DNA from: Vulcanimicrobiota bacterium
GTDB lineage: Bacteria; Vulcanimicrobiota; Vulcanimicrobiia; Vulcanimicrobiales; Vulcanimicrobiaceae
Reading direction: 5' to 3'
DNA: 64,000 nt
Assembly: GCA_963714015.1 (NCBI GenBank)
Contig: OY970223.1
Span: 288,001 to 352,000 of the forward strand
Shown: positions 40,596 through 51,779 of the stretch, in pieces
Numbering within the stretch: position 1 is the first letter of the stretch
Layout of the letters: each line of letters opens with the position of its first letter
The notes under the pieces: generated by a model
Database searches by the model: none
Seen by the model: the letters and a program-made list of their open reading frames with translations, nothing else
What the model was told of the DNA's origin: nothing
Program-made: the position numbers and the translations under genes

Positions 40596-42420
40596 CAACG
40601 CTTCGGAACTCCGTATAGCGCGGGCGACTTGGCGCAGTTTTCTATTGATACTTTGCACCGGCGCCATAGTTTTTACGCTCGGCGTTATCGTTGACAAAAC
40701 CGGCTTCCCTGGAGTTCAGCCGTGGTATGGAGTATGGGGAACGAATTTTAATTTCACTTCCTCGCCCCTGACCGTCGACGTGATTGCCGTCGATCCGGAT
40801 GGCCCCAGCGGACGGGCCGGCCTTCGCAGCGGTGATATTCTCGATCTTAGCCGGAATTCGGCCGTAGAACGTTACGGCATATACGCGCAGCCCTTGAGCG
40901 GGCGGCCCGTTACGTTGCTGGTTCGTCGCGGTAACCAATCGAAGCGGATAACCGTCGTACCCGCCAGCTTAGTTTGGGGGCGGCACGGGCTACGGTGGTT
41001 CAGTCTCATCTTGACGTTTGGGACTCTCGCGCTGCTTCTATTGGCCGGCCTGATCTTGTGGCGCCGGCCGAATGCCCCGGGGAATCTTTTTCTAGCGGCG
41101 GCGCTCATCTTTTATGCGAATCCCGGAAACTTAGGCGCACCCTGGGCATGGCCTTACGCGATCAGCTTTTATTGGGCTGTTTTCCAAACGATCTCGCTCG
41201 CTTGCTGGGCCGCGTTTGCCGGCTGTTTTTCGCCACCGCCATCTAGACTTCGCCGAGCCGCTATATGGGTGTGCGTCGTCTTGGTCGGCGTGGACGTCGT
41301 ATTGGGCGCATACGGAGAAACTTTGCTCTTAGCCCGGTGGCCCGATTTGCTTAGCGCTCGCGTCCCCGCGCTCCAGTATTTGCCGCCGCTCGGACCGGCG
41401 GAAATTGTCGCCGCAATCATAGCTAGCGCCTTAGCAATTCGGGAATCGCACGGCAGTGAGCGGCAGCGAGCGGCCTGGTCGCTGACTTTTCTTGGGGTGA
41501 TTCTGGTAGCACCAACGGTTACCAATAATCTGCTCCTTCCGCAGCCATCGTATTCGGCATACATCCTCCTAGTAGCAATCGGCGACTCTATTCCCTTCAT
41601 CGCGGCAGTTCTGTTGACGTATATTGCGCTGAACCGGCGGCTCATCGATATCGGCTTCGCGTTGAACCGCACGCTCATTTTTGCAATCATAACGGCCATC
41701 GTAGTCGGCGCGTTCATCGTGGTTGAATGGGCGGCAAGTGAATGGCTCAAAGGAGCTACGCGCAGCACGAGTGCTATCGCCGGAATGGCCGTTGCGCTCG
41801 TGCTTGGTCTCTCGCTGCGTATGATTCACAAGTATGTGGATCACTTTGTCGATCGCGCGTTTTTTACTAAACGGCATGAAGATGAGGCAGCGTTGCGACG
41901 ATTCGCTCATGAATCGTCCTACATCACCGATCCGGACCTGTTGCTGGAGCGTGCTGTCGAGGAAGTCAAGCAGCATACGAACGTGACCGAAGCGACGATC
42001 CTTATTCGCGACGGATCCGCGATGTATGCGTCCGCGGGTAACGGCGTCGCAGAAGCGTTTAGCGAAAACGACCCTGCTTTGGTTTCCTTACGTGCGTGGG
42101 GAAAACCAGTCGACTTGCATACGGTTCGCAAATCGTCTCTGCACGGCGAACTGGCATTCCCAATGATTTCGCGCGGCACGCTTGTCGGCGCGCTCGTCTG
42201 CGGAATGAAGCGCGACGGTGAGATGTATGCGCCCGATGAAGCCGAAGCATTGTTCGCGCTCGCGCACGGGGTCGGCACGGCCTATGACACGCTTTCGAGC
42301 CGGGCGAACAACCCAAGCGCTCTCGTTCTCATCGAACTGGCAAAGGTGCGCGCCGAGGTGCGACAAGACCGTGACTTTATAATTCAAGAGCTGAAGCGCC
42401 TTTCCGGCCGATTCGAGTAG
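40567..42420 (+). CDS. Membrane sensor: extracellular PDZ-like domain, multi-TM region, C-terminal GAF-like domain, no output domain
   Basis: VDPDGPSGRAGLRSGDIL (PDZ); about 9-10 TM segments; ELAFPMISRGTLVGALVCG...YAPDEAEALFALAHGV (GAF). Confidence 0.75.
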   Translation: MWPRWRSALSNASELRIARATWRSFLLILCTGAIVFTLGVIVDKTGFPGVQPWYGVWGTNFNFTSSPLTVDVIAVDPDGPSGRAGLRSGDILDLSRNSAVERYGIYAQPLSGRPVTLLVRRGNQSKRITVVPASLVWGRHGLRWFSLILTFGTLALLLLAGLILWRRPNAPGNLFLAAALIFYANPGNLGAPWAWPYAISFYWAVFQTISLACWAAFAGCFSPPPSRLRRAAIWVCVVLVGVDVVLGAYGETLLLARWPDLLSARVPALQYLPPLGPAEIVAAIIASALAIRESHGSERQRAAWSLTFLGVILVAPTVTNNLLLPQPSYSAYILLVAIGDSIPFIAAVLLTYIALNRRLIDIGFALNRTLIFAIITAIVVGAFIVVEWAASEWLKGATRSTSAIAGMAVALVLGLSLRMIHKYVDHFVDRAFFTKRHEDEAALRRFAHESSYITDPDLLLERAVEEVKQHTNVTEATILIRDGSAMYASAGNGVAEAFSENDPALVSLRAWGKPVDLHTVRKSSLHGELAFPMISRGTLVGALVCGMKRDGEMYAPDEAEALFALAHGVGTAYDTLSSRANNPSALVLIELAKVRAEVRQDRDFIIQELKRLSGRFE

Positions 42421-42452
42421 ACCGATCCGACCCAGGAGGCGAAGCTGTAGCC

Positions 42453-42957
42453 TTGGGACTCGGCTTGTGCGCCTCAGTCTTCGGCGAGGTACCGGACGAG
42501 TGGGACGTCGTTGCGTGGAATTGCGCCGCCGAAGCAGTGTTTACCAATTTGATCGCGCAACCGGACGGGCGGCGCAATCTTCTTCGGATGATTTTCGACC
42601 CACGCGCGCGCACACGGATACCGAATTGGGAAGGCGTTGCACGTTTTGTCGTCGCGGCGTTTCGAACCGAGACAGCGAGAACAGTGCTTCTCGGCCCGTG
42701 CGAAGGAGTTGGTCGACGAGTTAAGCTTATCGTCTCCGGAATTCAGAAAGATGTGGCGCGTTCACGATGTCATCACGCACGGTGAGGGAACCAAATACAT
42801 CGCGCATCCGGAGATCGGCGCGATCACGATGGAGTATTCAGCGTTCGCCGTCGATGGAAAACCACATCTGAGTATGGTTGTGTACAATCCGGCAAGCGCA
42901 GGGCAGCGCAATGTTTCCCAGGCCACCCAAGCCACAAGTAAAGCAGGAGCGGTTTAA
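42453..42957 (+). pseudogene. MmyB-like ligand-binding domain fragment (HTH missing, frameshifted)
   Basis: WDVVAWN...RNLLRMIF...NWEGVARFVVAAFR and LVDELSLSSPEFRKMW...HPEIG...MVVYNPA. Confidence 0.7.
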
Positions 42958-43204
42958 TGCGCGCCTGTCTGAAGAGCAAAAAGCAATTCTCCAACGGGCC
43001 GCCGATCTAAAGGGTGTGTCCCTTTCTGACTTCGTTCTTGGAACCGCTCACGATGAGGCACTGCGGATTATCGAGGCACACGAGGTAATTCGGCTTTCTC
43101 AAAGAGACAGCATCGCGTTTGTAGAGGCGCTTGAAAATCCGCCTGCTGCAAGCAACAAAGTGATCGAACGATTCAATAAGGCGAGAAAACATCGAGCCAA
43201 GTGA
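42911..43204 (+). CDS. DUF1778 ribbon-helix-helix antitoxin (TacA/AtaR-like)
   Basis: ERFNARLSEEQKAILQRAADLKGVSLSDFVL...IRLSQRDSIAFVEALENPP. Confidence 0.9.
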   Translation: MFPRPPKPQVKQERFNARLSEEQKAILQRAADLKGVSLSDFVLGTAHDEALRIIEAHEVIRLSQRDSIAFVEALENPPAASNKVIERFNKARKHRAK

Positions 43205-43737
43205 TCGTGGATCTAATCTTTGAGCCGCTCGAGGGCTATCACAATCGAGCGGCTTTTACTTGTTCCGGTGACGACGGGTTAATTCTTCAAGAATATCTTC
43301 GAAATGACGGAAGAGCACTCCGCGAACATAAGCGCAACGTCACCACGGCTTGGATAATGGTTCGAGAAAGTGATCCGCATACAATATGCGGTTTTTTCAC
43401 ACTTTGGACCGCCACTTTAGAAATAGAAGAACTTCCCAAAAACGTTCGTCGCGGTCTGCCTTTATATCGGCCGATGCCAGCCCTGAAGATTGGTCGAATG
43501 GCGGTGGACGATCGTTTCCGCGGTCAAGACTTCGGCACAATTCTCGTAGAAGAGGCGTTTTCTATATGCCTAAGACTGCGGCAATCTGTCGGTTTCGTGA
43601 CGTTACTTGTAGATGCGAAGTCCGACAGCTTAGTGGAATACTACGAGCAGTGCGGCTTTTCGCGTTTTCCCAATCGACCGCGGAGTCTCTATATAATGCA
43701 GCCAACGATGGCTCAAATAGTTGGTGGAAAGCAGTAG
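43201..43737 (+). CDS. GNAT acetyltransferase toxin (TacT/AtaT-like)
   Basis: HNRAAFTCS, PALKIGRMAVDDRFRGQDFG, LLVDAK...YYEQCGF; overlaps the antitoxin stop. Confidence 0.9.
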   Translation: MIVDLIFEPLEGYHNRAAFTCSGDDGLILQEYLRNDGRALREHKRNVTTAWIMVRESDPHTICGFFTLWTATLEIEELPKNVRRGLPLYRPMPALKIGRMAVDDRFRGQDFGTILVEEAFSICLRLRQSVGFVTLLVDAKSDSLVEYYEQCGFSRFPNRPRSLYIMQPTMAQIVGGKQ

Positions 43738-43899
43738 GGGATTTCGCGGACCGCCCGTGCTTTGGCGCTGACTAAGCCCACTACTCCAGGTAATGCCGCG
43801 GAAAACATTGGAGCGAAGAGGCGACCGATCCGACCGATGGCCTCGCGCTTGGCTCGGTCGCTGATGTGCGTGCAGATCGGCGACGCTAGCCTCGTTCGG

Positions 43900-46700
43900 T
43901 TAAATGAGCATCGCCTCGGCGACGGCCTGATCTTCGTTCCAGAGGCTACCTTCCCGCATGAGTGTCGCAACTTCATCGGGATCTAACGCCTTGCTTAATG
44001 CGGCAAGCATTTTTTCGTACTCTTGCTGCTCGGTGAATTCACGCATCGATTCCAATTCAGTCAAGCGCGCATCGGCGTAGCCCAAAATCCGCGCGCTGCG
44101 GCGTCCTTCCTCCTGCGCATGCTTCGGATCCGCCGGACGCAGCACAACTGTCGCGGCAAGATGCTGCAGGGCCCATGCGGTACCGACTTGGAGTTGCGCG
44201 TCGCGCGCCGCACCGATTGCCGCCCGGGCAGAAAGGCGCGCCTCATCGTACCGTTCGAGCGCCGTCAAATATGCCGTCATGTTGATCTGAGCGAACGCAA
44301 CACCGCGCGTCGCATTGAAAGCCCGGTGCGTAGCGAGCGCCTCGCCTGCCCATCGAAGCGCTTCGTGCGCATTCCCGCCATGGAACTCTGCTTCGGCGAG
44401 ATTTACGCAGACGTTTCCGGCCGCGCGTTCCGCTCCGACGGCTCGAAGATGGGCCAATGCCTCGGCGTGCAGCCGTCGAGCTTCGGCGAAGTCACCAACT
44501 GAATGGCGCGCGTCCGCCAGCGTCTGCAGCGCGACTCCCGTAAGCCTTCGCGCTCCCAGCGCTCGAGCTTGCGACAGGGCCGGCGCCAGCAGCGCCTCAC
44601 CGTCTTCGATCTTTCCCAGAAAGATCAGTGCGAGGGCCAGACATCGCTGCGCATACGCAATTCCCATGGGATCGTCAATCTCACGGTAGCGCGCCAGAGA
44701 CTCGTTCGCACGCCGTACGGCTTGCCGTATATTGTACAAGCGAAGCGGCGAGCTCGGCTTCGGTGAGCTCGAGTGCGGCCATCACCGGCGAGGGCGTCTG
44801 GTCGTCAGTAAGATTACGCGCGAGCTGCACCCAACTTCGTCCCTCTGCCGTCGCGAGCGACCACCACGCTTGATGCAATGCGGCCGCTAGCCGCTGGCCA
44901 AGCAAAACATTGCCTCGCGCTCCGAGCGTCCAGCTCAACGCGGTGCGGAAATTCTCCAGCTCAGGCTCCACCTCGGCGAACCACTCGCGATCGGAAGTCG
45001 TTTCCCACCTTCGCGCAAGTTTTTCGGCAAGCGCCAGAAATGTCGCTGCATGCGCCTGCGCGACTGCTGCGTCCTCTGCGTGCTCGGCAAGACGCTCCCG
45101 CGCATATTGGCGCGTGGATTCCAAGAGCCGGTAGCGCATCCCGCTTTCACCTTGCTCGGCTTGCACGAGCGACTTGTCGACGAGCGACGAGAGGAGATCC
45201 AGCAGGGCGATTTCCTCCATCTCGTTCTCGCTACACACGGTCGCGGCAGCCTGCAGGGTGAAGCCGCCGGCGAAGATCGAGAGTTTGCGGAAAAGCCCTC
45301 GTTCGGCGCCGGTGAGCAGATCGTACACTCCAATCAATCAGCGCGCGCATCGTTTGTTGTCGCGGCAACGCATTCCGATCGCCGCCGGTCAGCAAATGGA
45401 AACGCTCGTCGAGCATCTGCGCGATGTGCTTGGGCGAGAGTACTTTCACCCGCGCGGCCGCCAGTTCGATGGCCAAAGGAATCCCATCGAGCCTTCGGCA
45501 GATTTCCGCGATATGCGGGACATTCTCATCCGTCAACGCAAATCGATTGTTAACGGACAAGGCCCGATCGGTAAAAAGCAATGAGGCGCCGAATCCGAGG
45601 ACGTCCTGCGGCGACAAGGCCTGCCTTGTGGGAGGCAGATCCAGCGACGGCATGTGAAAGAGTTGTTCGCCGTCAATGTTCAACCCCTCACGGCTCGTAA
45701 CAAGAATGCGCACCTCGGGACAAGCATGCAGTATTGAAGCGGCAACGGTTCGCGCTTCTTCCATGACGTGTTCGCAGTTGTCCAAAATCAGCAGCAGCCG
45801 TTTACGTTTGAGATAGCCGATCAGCATCTCGAGTAGCGGGCTGTTCGGAGATGCTTGTACGTTCAATGCGCGCGCAATGGCACTGGTCACGAGTGATGCG
45901 TCGGAAATCGGCGCTAGTTCGGCCAACCATACACCGTCGCCCGAATCGTCCAGCAATTCTGCGCCGATCTGAATCGCACAACGCGTCTTGCCCGCTCCGC
46001 CCGTCCCAGAGAGCGTCACGAGCCGGTGATGCGCGAGCAGCGCCGTGATTTCACCCATCACCTGTTCGCGTCCGACGAACGATGTTAATTGAGACGGCAG
46101 ATTATTTGATAGATAATCCAGCGAGAGCAGCGGTGGAAATGCGTCCGGCAAATCCGGCGCTACCAGTTGATAAACGTACTCCGGTTGGGAGAGGTCCTTG
46201 AGCCGGTGGTTGCCGAGATCGCGCAAAGCGTATTGCGGCGTTTCACCTTGCAGGCATTCCGCGCATGCGCGAGAGAGCAGCACCTGTCCACCATGACCGA
46301 TTGCGAGCAGCCTCGCAACGCGATTGACGGTAGGACCGAAGTAGTCACCGCTGCGCTCGTCGCAACTTCCCCAATGCAGTGCGATGCGCACGCGCAATCC
46401 GCCGACGCCCGAAAAATCTTCGGTAATTAAGGCACGCTGAGCCTCAAGGGCGGTTGCAGTCGCTTCAGACGTACTTGCGAAGGCCGCGCAGAAAGCATCG
46501 CCCATCGTTTTAAACACGTAGCCACCGTGCGCTTCGATGACGTCGCGCATGAGCGCATCGTGGCGCGCTAATGCAAGCGCCATTGCACCAGGGGCGCTTT
46601 CCCATCGCACGGTGCTGCCTTCGATATCCGAAAACAGCAACGTCACCGTACCCGTAGGGCGAGCGGAGAATCCGCGTTCCCACCGAGCCTGCGTAGCCAT
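43900..46700 (-). CDS. Class III adenylate cyclase - NB-ARC/STAND ATPase - TPR protein (frameshifts near 45330 and 44730)
   Basis: FSDIEGST, KTMGDAF, DYFGPTVNRVAR; NLPSQLTSFVGR, GTGGAGKT, LDNCEH, LDGIPLAIELAAAR; TPRs. Confidence 0.87.
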
Positions 46701-46788
46701 ACGACTATGCTTCGTGCTAGGGCGGTTGCCCTCCGCCGCGCGCGCAGACCGGCGGGGTCCCGTTTTGCCCTTGTCCAACCTCCTACGC

Positions 46789-48289
46789 ATGACGACCGTC
46801 GCCATTCCCGGAACGAGGCGCCGACAATGGCCGGCCAGCACGCGCGTAGGAGACGTTCGAACCGAAAACAATGTCCTACTGACTGCCTGGCTGCGGCCCG
46901 ACCCGAAGAACGCGCTGGATACGAACCGGGCGTACGAGATCGGCCGTGCTTCTATCGGTACGCGAACGTATTCAGAACGCGCCGCCCTTGTAGAGGCAAC
47001 CGCGGCCACCGAGAGCACCTTCGACGAGCTACGGAGTTATTGCGCTCGCTACGGCATTGAAACCCTCGAACAGCATTGGCGTTGCGTGGTTTTGCGCGCA
47101 CCGTTGGATCGTTCCATCGAGGCGTTCGGAGCTTCGGTCGCCATGTTCGAGGATTCGGGCGGATACCGTTTCCGTCATCGCACCGGCTCGCTGCATGCGC
47201 CGCGGGAAATTGCGGCGTTATTGCATGGCGTGTTCGGATTTCACCAGTGGCCGCGTTCGCAAAGGCTGGAATCTTTGCAACGCCACGAGACGCCGCTTAG
47301 CGCGGTCGAAACAGCGGAGCGCTATCGCTTTCCCCAGGCCACAGGGCGTGGCCAAACCATCGCTATCCTGCAATTTCGCGGCGAGTTTCGCGAAGACGAT
47401 TTCGCACGATGCATGCAGGCACAGAGAGTTTCAGTGCAACAGCCGCATGTGAAACGGCTGGACGATGCGAGCCTCGTCCATAAGGTAGAAACGGTCAAAG
47501 ACCTGGAGGCGGCGCTCGACGTTCAAATCGCCGCAGCGCTCGCACCCGATGCGCGCGTCGTGCTGTATCAAGCTCCCGACGACGAGCGCGGCTTCCTTGA
47601 CGCGCTGCGTGCAGCGATTTTCGATGAGGAAATGCGCCCCTCAATTATATCCGTCAGCTATGGATGGCCCGAGCCGCTGTGGACGCCTTGCGCACTCGAT
47701 ATTTTAAACGACTTGTTCGCTGCGGCGGCATTACTCGGCATAACCGTTTTTTGCTCATCGGGAGATCATGGCGCCGAATTGCAGCTCGATGGAAAGCCGC
47801 ACGCCGTCGCACCTGCATCGGTGCCGTTCGCGCACGCCGCTGGAGCGACGCAAATCCAGCCCGGAAACACTGAGATTGCTTGGGAACATACGGGCGGCGG
47901 ATTCAGCGAGTATTTTGAGTCTGCCCCCGTGGCAAAATCGTGCACGAGAAGTTGCCGCCGCGCTGGGTGTGGCCCCGGGACGCGGCGTGCCGGACGTTGC
48001 AGCACAAGAATCGCCAGGGTATTTGGTTTATCTCAACGGCGAGGAAATAGCCGCAGGAGGAACGAGCGCAGTCGCTCCGGTGTGGGCTGCGCTCGCTGCA
48101 CGGCTGAACGAACGGCTTTCGAAACCAATCGGCTTTTTCGCGCCGCTGCTTTATGATTCGAATCCACAACCCATGCGGGCGGTCGTCGGCGGAAGCAACG
48201 GCGTCTACAACGCGCAAGCGGGGTGGAATCCGTGCACGGGATTAGGCTGCCCCGATGGGATCGCGCTAGAGGCGCTGCTGCACCGTTAG
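46789..48289 (+). CDS. S53 (sedolisin/kumamolisin) serine peptidase with prodomain (frameshift near 47925)
   Basis: GRGQTIAI, EAALDVQ, ISVSYG, SSGDHG, RGVPDVAA, GGTSAVAP, GWNPCTGLG. Confidence 0.88.
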
Positions 48290-48459
48290 TTCATACACCC
48301 GAGGGCGTCGTCTTCAAACTGCTTTTGCGCCGCCTTATATTTGCCGACGACTTCTTTCAAATGCTCTTTGTCCGCGCCGGGCATGGCGGCCAATTTTTGA
48401 TGCAGCGTATCGATAGAACGCGCATGCTCGTCGAGTGCCTGTTTCGCGTCGGTTGACAT
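48286..48459 (-). CDS. 57-aa helical hypothetical protein (below ORF-track cutoff)
   Basis: MSTDAKQALDEHARSIDTLHQKLAAMPGADKEHLKEVVGKYKAAQKQFEDDALGCMN; GGAG RBS; stop overlaps the S53 stop. Confidence 0.65.
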   Translation of the reverse strand: MSTDAKQALDEHARSIDTLHQKLAAMPGADKEHLKEVVGKYKAAQKQFEDDALGCMN

Positions 48460-48953
48460 GACATCTGCTCCGTTCTTGCCACTGGCGGCACGTCAGCCTT
48501 TGCCGTATCCCGCGCCTTTCCTCGTTTTTGCCGCGCGCGCGTGCCGCCCCGCTACATGTGCGCAGAGAGTTGGCGGCATGCCGCAAAAGAGGCAGCAACT
48601 CAATCCTCTAAGAGGCCCGCGCTCAAAGGGCAAGGGCACGTGAGATAATGGGCACATCCGAGCGAGGCGCCCACGGTTTCTTGTCTGGAAGCCCGTCCCG
48701 GGCTGCCCGTTCTAGAAACACGGCCGGCCTACGGATCGGCCACTAGCCACGAAAAAATCCAATCGTTATGATTATTACGCTCTCTCCAATGACGATGGTG
48801 CAATGGTGTTGATCCGTATTTGCCTCACTAGCAGATGCACGGAGATCGTATTTAATTCGAGCACACCGGAGCCATGCCAAAATCGCAAAGCGTTCAACAT
48901 AGGCGGCTCAAAGTTCGCAACGCGGTTCAAATATGGACCTTACACGAGAAAGG

Positions 48954-51779
48954 TCATGCAAGCAGCGCCGATTCCGCGGCCTTTTCTTCCGTCCACTGCG
49001 CTCCGCTTTCAAGCAAGCGAATAACTTCAGCCTCGCCCAATTTGCCGCGCGCTTTATTCATCACTGCCTCGTACTCGACAAGTTCCGGGTACTCGCGAAG
49101 CGCTTCGATCCTTCGTAGTTCCACGTCGACGTAGCCCATCAGACGGGTTGCCAGAATCAAATCTTCATTCTGACGGAACGCCGCGACCGCCGCCAGCCGC
49201 TGAAGCGCGAATAGCACATAAACGTGCGATTTCATATCGCGGACCACAGGTAAGGCGTCGCGTGCGAGTACGCGTGCGTTGTCATAGCGCCCAATTGAGG
49301 TTTGGTAAGCCGCGAGATTGCATCGGGTACGCGCCACATTCAACGTGTCGTTTTGCGTCTGGTGGCCCTTGAGCGCTTCTTCCAGCAGGGCGATTGCCGT
49401 TTGCGCATCGCCCCTGTTAAATTCAAGTTCCGCCAGATTAGCGCAGACGTTTAGCCGCGTTCGATCTGCGCCGCACTCCTTTGCCACAACGAGCGCCTCT
49501 GCGTAATACGTGCGCGCCGTTTCAAAATCGTCCGAGAACTGTCGCGCCCAAGCCAGATTATTTAGCGTCGCTGCGTACAACTTTCCGGCATCAAGCGCTT
49601 TCGCCGCAGCCGCCACCTCGTTCAGAAAGCGCTCGCCGGGTTCAATTCTGTGTTGCATGACGAGCGAGACGCCCAGAAGCCGTCTCGCATGGGCTGCTCC
49701 TAGACGATCGCCAAGCACCTGGAACTCCTCCAGCGCCCGCTGCGCCCAGGCGCCCGATTCCTTGAAGCGGTTGAACATCGTATCTAGCCGTGCTTGAGAG
49801 AGGCAGAGTTCCGCGCTTAGCGCGGGCGAGACACCGCTAGGATCGTTCAAGGCGGCCTCCGTCCATCGGCGCCCTTCCTGCGGCGCTATCCTCACCCACA
49901 CTAAAGAAAGCGCCGCTGCAAGCTGCTGCCCGAGGGGGACGTCGTTGCAAGCCGATAGCGTCCATTCGAGTGCTGTTTGCCAATTCTCCATTTCCGGCGC
50001 AGCGCGCATTAGCCAGAGCATATCGGGGGTTGATTCGTCGTCGTGCGCAAGGTCTTGCGCTAACGCGCAGTATGCCGCAGCGTGACTACGGGCGGCACTT
50101 TCGGCTTCGCCCGTTAGTTTCTCGTATGCATACGCCCGCACCGATTCCAAGAGTCGATAACGCACCCCGCCATGCGTTTGCTCTTTTTGAATAAGCGACT
50201 TATCGAGGAGCGAAAAAAACAGTGGTACTCCACTTGCCGGATCAGCCCATATGGCCACGGCGGATTCGCGGGTAAACCCCGCGCATACAGAGAGCCTTCG
50301 AAGTAGCGACCGTTCCGCTTCCGAGAGTAAATCGTAACTCCAATCGATAAGGCCGCGCATTGTCTGATGCCGCGCCAGAGCAGTGCTGTCGCCGCCTGTA
50401 AGAATCCGAAAACGATCGTCCAATTCGCGTACCAGATCTGCCGGAGCAAGAATCTTCGTCCGTGCCGCTGCAAGTTCAATCGCCAACGGAATTCCATCTA
50501 ACCGCCGGCAGATGCGAGCGACGTCGGCCGCATTTTCGTCGGTAAGTTCGAACGCCGAATCACAGGCGCGCGCGCGTTCGACAAACAGCTGCGCGGCAGC
50601 ATAATTGCCCACTTGCTGCGCGTTTGCGTCTTCGCCATTAATCGGCGTTCCCAAGGAAGGGATCCGGTAGACATGTTCGCCGGTTATATTCAAAGGCTCG
50701 CGCGTCGTTACCAAAATGCGCAATGCGCCACACCGGCGCAAAAGCGCCGATGCGAGCTGCCGCACTTCTCCGATGAGGTGCTCGCAGTTGTCGAGGATGA
50801 GCAAGCACGGTTTACTCCTGAGAAATGCGATGATGGCGTCCAAGGCTGCAACATTTCCCGGCTGGACAATCTTCAACGCGCGGACTACTGCGTCAGCCAA
50901 AGTGGAATTTGGCGCGACCGTTGCGAGTTCGACGAGCCAGACTTCTTCAACGAAAAGATCCAAAACCGCGCTTGCCGCCTCAAGGCCGGCTCGCGTCTTT
51001 CCCACGCCGCCTGTGCCGACGAGGGTTACGAGCCGACGATCGCCGAGGAGCGCAACGATCGCATTCAGCGCTTCATCCCGGCCGACGAACGCCGTGATTT
51101 GCGCCGGCAGGTTTGTGCGCGCCGCAGACGCCGACCGCTGCGACGTTGGATCCAACCCGGCGAGTGCAACGGCGGTCGCTTCTAGCAGCGCCACCAAACC
51201 GGCAAGCTCTTCCCGCTCGAACGTTTTCGATTGCCGCGTAGTCGTGAGAAAGCCGAAGAGATCGCCGCCGAGCATGATCGGAAGCGCCATCGCGCCCGGC
51301 GCGCTCGAGCCGATCGCCTTCGGATTGGTAGCGTGCGACGACGAGCGCAAGCGCACGACAAGGACATCATCAACCGCGATGCCGGGAGCAGGAAGGTCGA
51401 ACGTTGATGCCTCGGCCACGTAGATCGTTCGGCGCAGGTATACCGCGCTTCCGGCCGTATGCAAATTCCGATCGATGCTTTCAATGAGTCGGCGCAGTAA
51501 TTGTCGGACGTCATTGAATGACGTCAATTCAGCGCGAAGCGCGGCCAGCGCCGCGAGGGCCTCACGACGGCGTTTTGTAAATGCCGCTTCGACTGCACCT
51601 TCAACCCGGCGATGAATCGGCCGGAACGCCAGCGCCGCGACCAGAACGATGGCCAATTCGACGGCTGCGCCCGCAATGCGCGAGTGGTCGGCAATATTTT
51701 TCTCGACCAACCACTCCAGAGCGGCGAAGACAAGGACCACAATCGTCGTAACGATTGTGTAGGCATATTTCCTCATCAC
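48954..51779 (-). CDS. Membrane-anchored GAF - NB-ARC/STAND ATPase - TPR protein
   Basis: Two N-terminal TM helices, GAF-like segment, NLPAQITAFVGR, GTGGVGKT, LDNCEH, LDGIPLAIELAAAR, TPRs. Confidence 0.87.
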   Translation of the reverse strand: MMRKYAYTIVTTIVVLVFAALEWLVEKNIADHSRIAGAAVELAIVLVAALAFRPIHRRVEGAVEAAFTKRRREALAALAALRAELTSFNDVRQLLRRLIESIDRNLHTAGSAVYLRRTIYVAEASTFDLPAPGIAVDDVLVVRLRSSSHATNPKAIGSSAPGAMALPIMLGGDLFGFLTTTRQSKTFEREELAGLVALLEATAVALAGLDPTSQRSASAARTNLPAQITAFVGRDEALNAIVALLGDRRLVTLVGTGGVGKTRAGLEAASAVLDLFVEEVWLVELATVAPNSTLADAVVRALKIVQPGNVAALDAIIAFLRSKPCLLILDNCEHLIGEVRQLASALLRRCGALRILVTTREPLNITGEHVYRIPSLGTPINGEDANAQQVGNYAAAQLFVERARACDSAFELTDENAADVARICRRLDGIPLAIELAAARTKILAPADLVRELDDRFRILTGGDSTALARHQTMRGLIDWSYDLLSEAERSLLRRLSVCAGFTRESAVAIWADPASGVPLFFSLLDKSLIQKEQTHGGVRYRLLESVRAYAYEKLTGEAESAARSHAAAYCALAQDLAHDDESTPDMLWLMRAAPEMENWQTALEWTLSACNDVPLGQQLAAALSLVWVRIAPQEGRRWTEAALNDPSGVSPALSAELCLSQARLDTMFNRFKESGAWAQRALEEFQVLGDRLGAAHARRLLGVSLVMQHRIEPGERFLNEVAAAAKALDAGKLYAATLNNLAWARQFSDDFETARTYYAEALVVAKECGADRTRLNVCANLAELEFNRGDAQTAIALLEEALKGHQTQNDTLNVARTRCNLAAYQTSIGRYDNARVLARDALPVVRDMKSHVYVLFALQRLAAVAAFRQNEDLILATRLMGYVDVELRRIEALREYPELVEYEAVMNKARGKLGEAEVIRLLESGAQWTEEKAAESALLA

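Noticed and set aside
48600..48950. Short GC-rich inverted repeats in the intergenic region
   Set aside because: Stems are short and irregular, consistent with chance in GC-rich DNA
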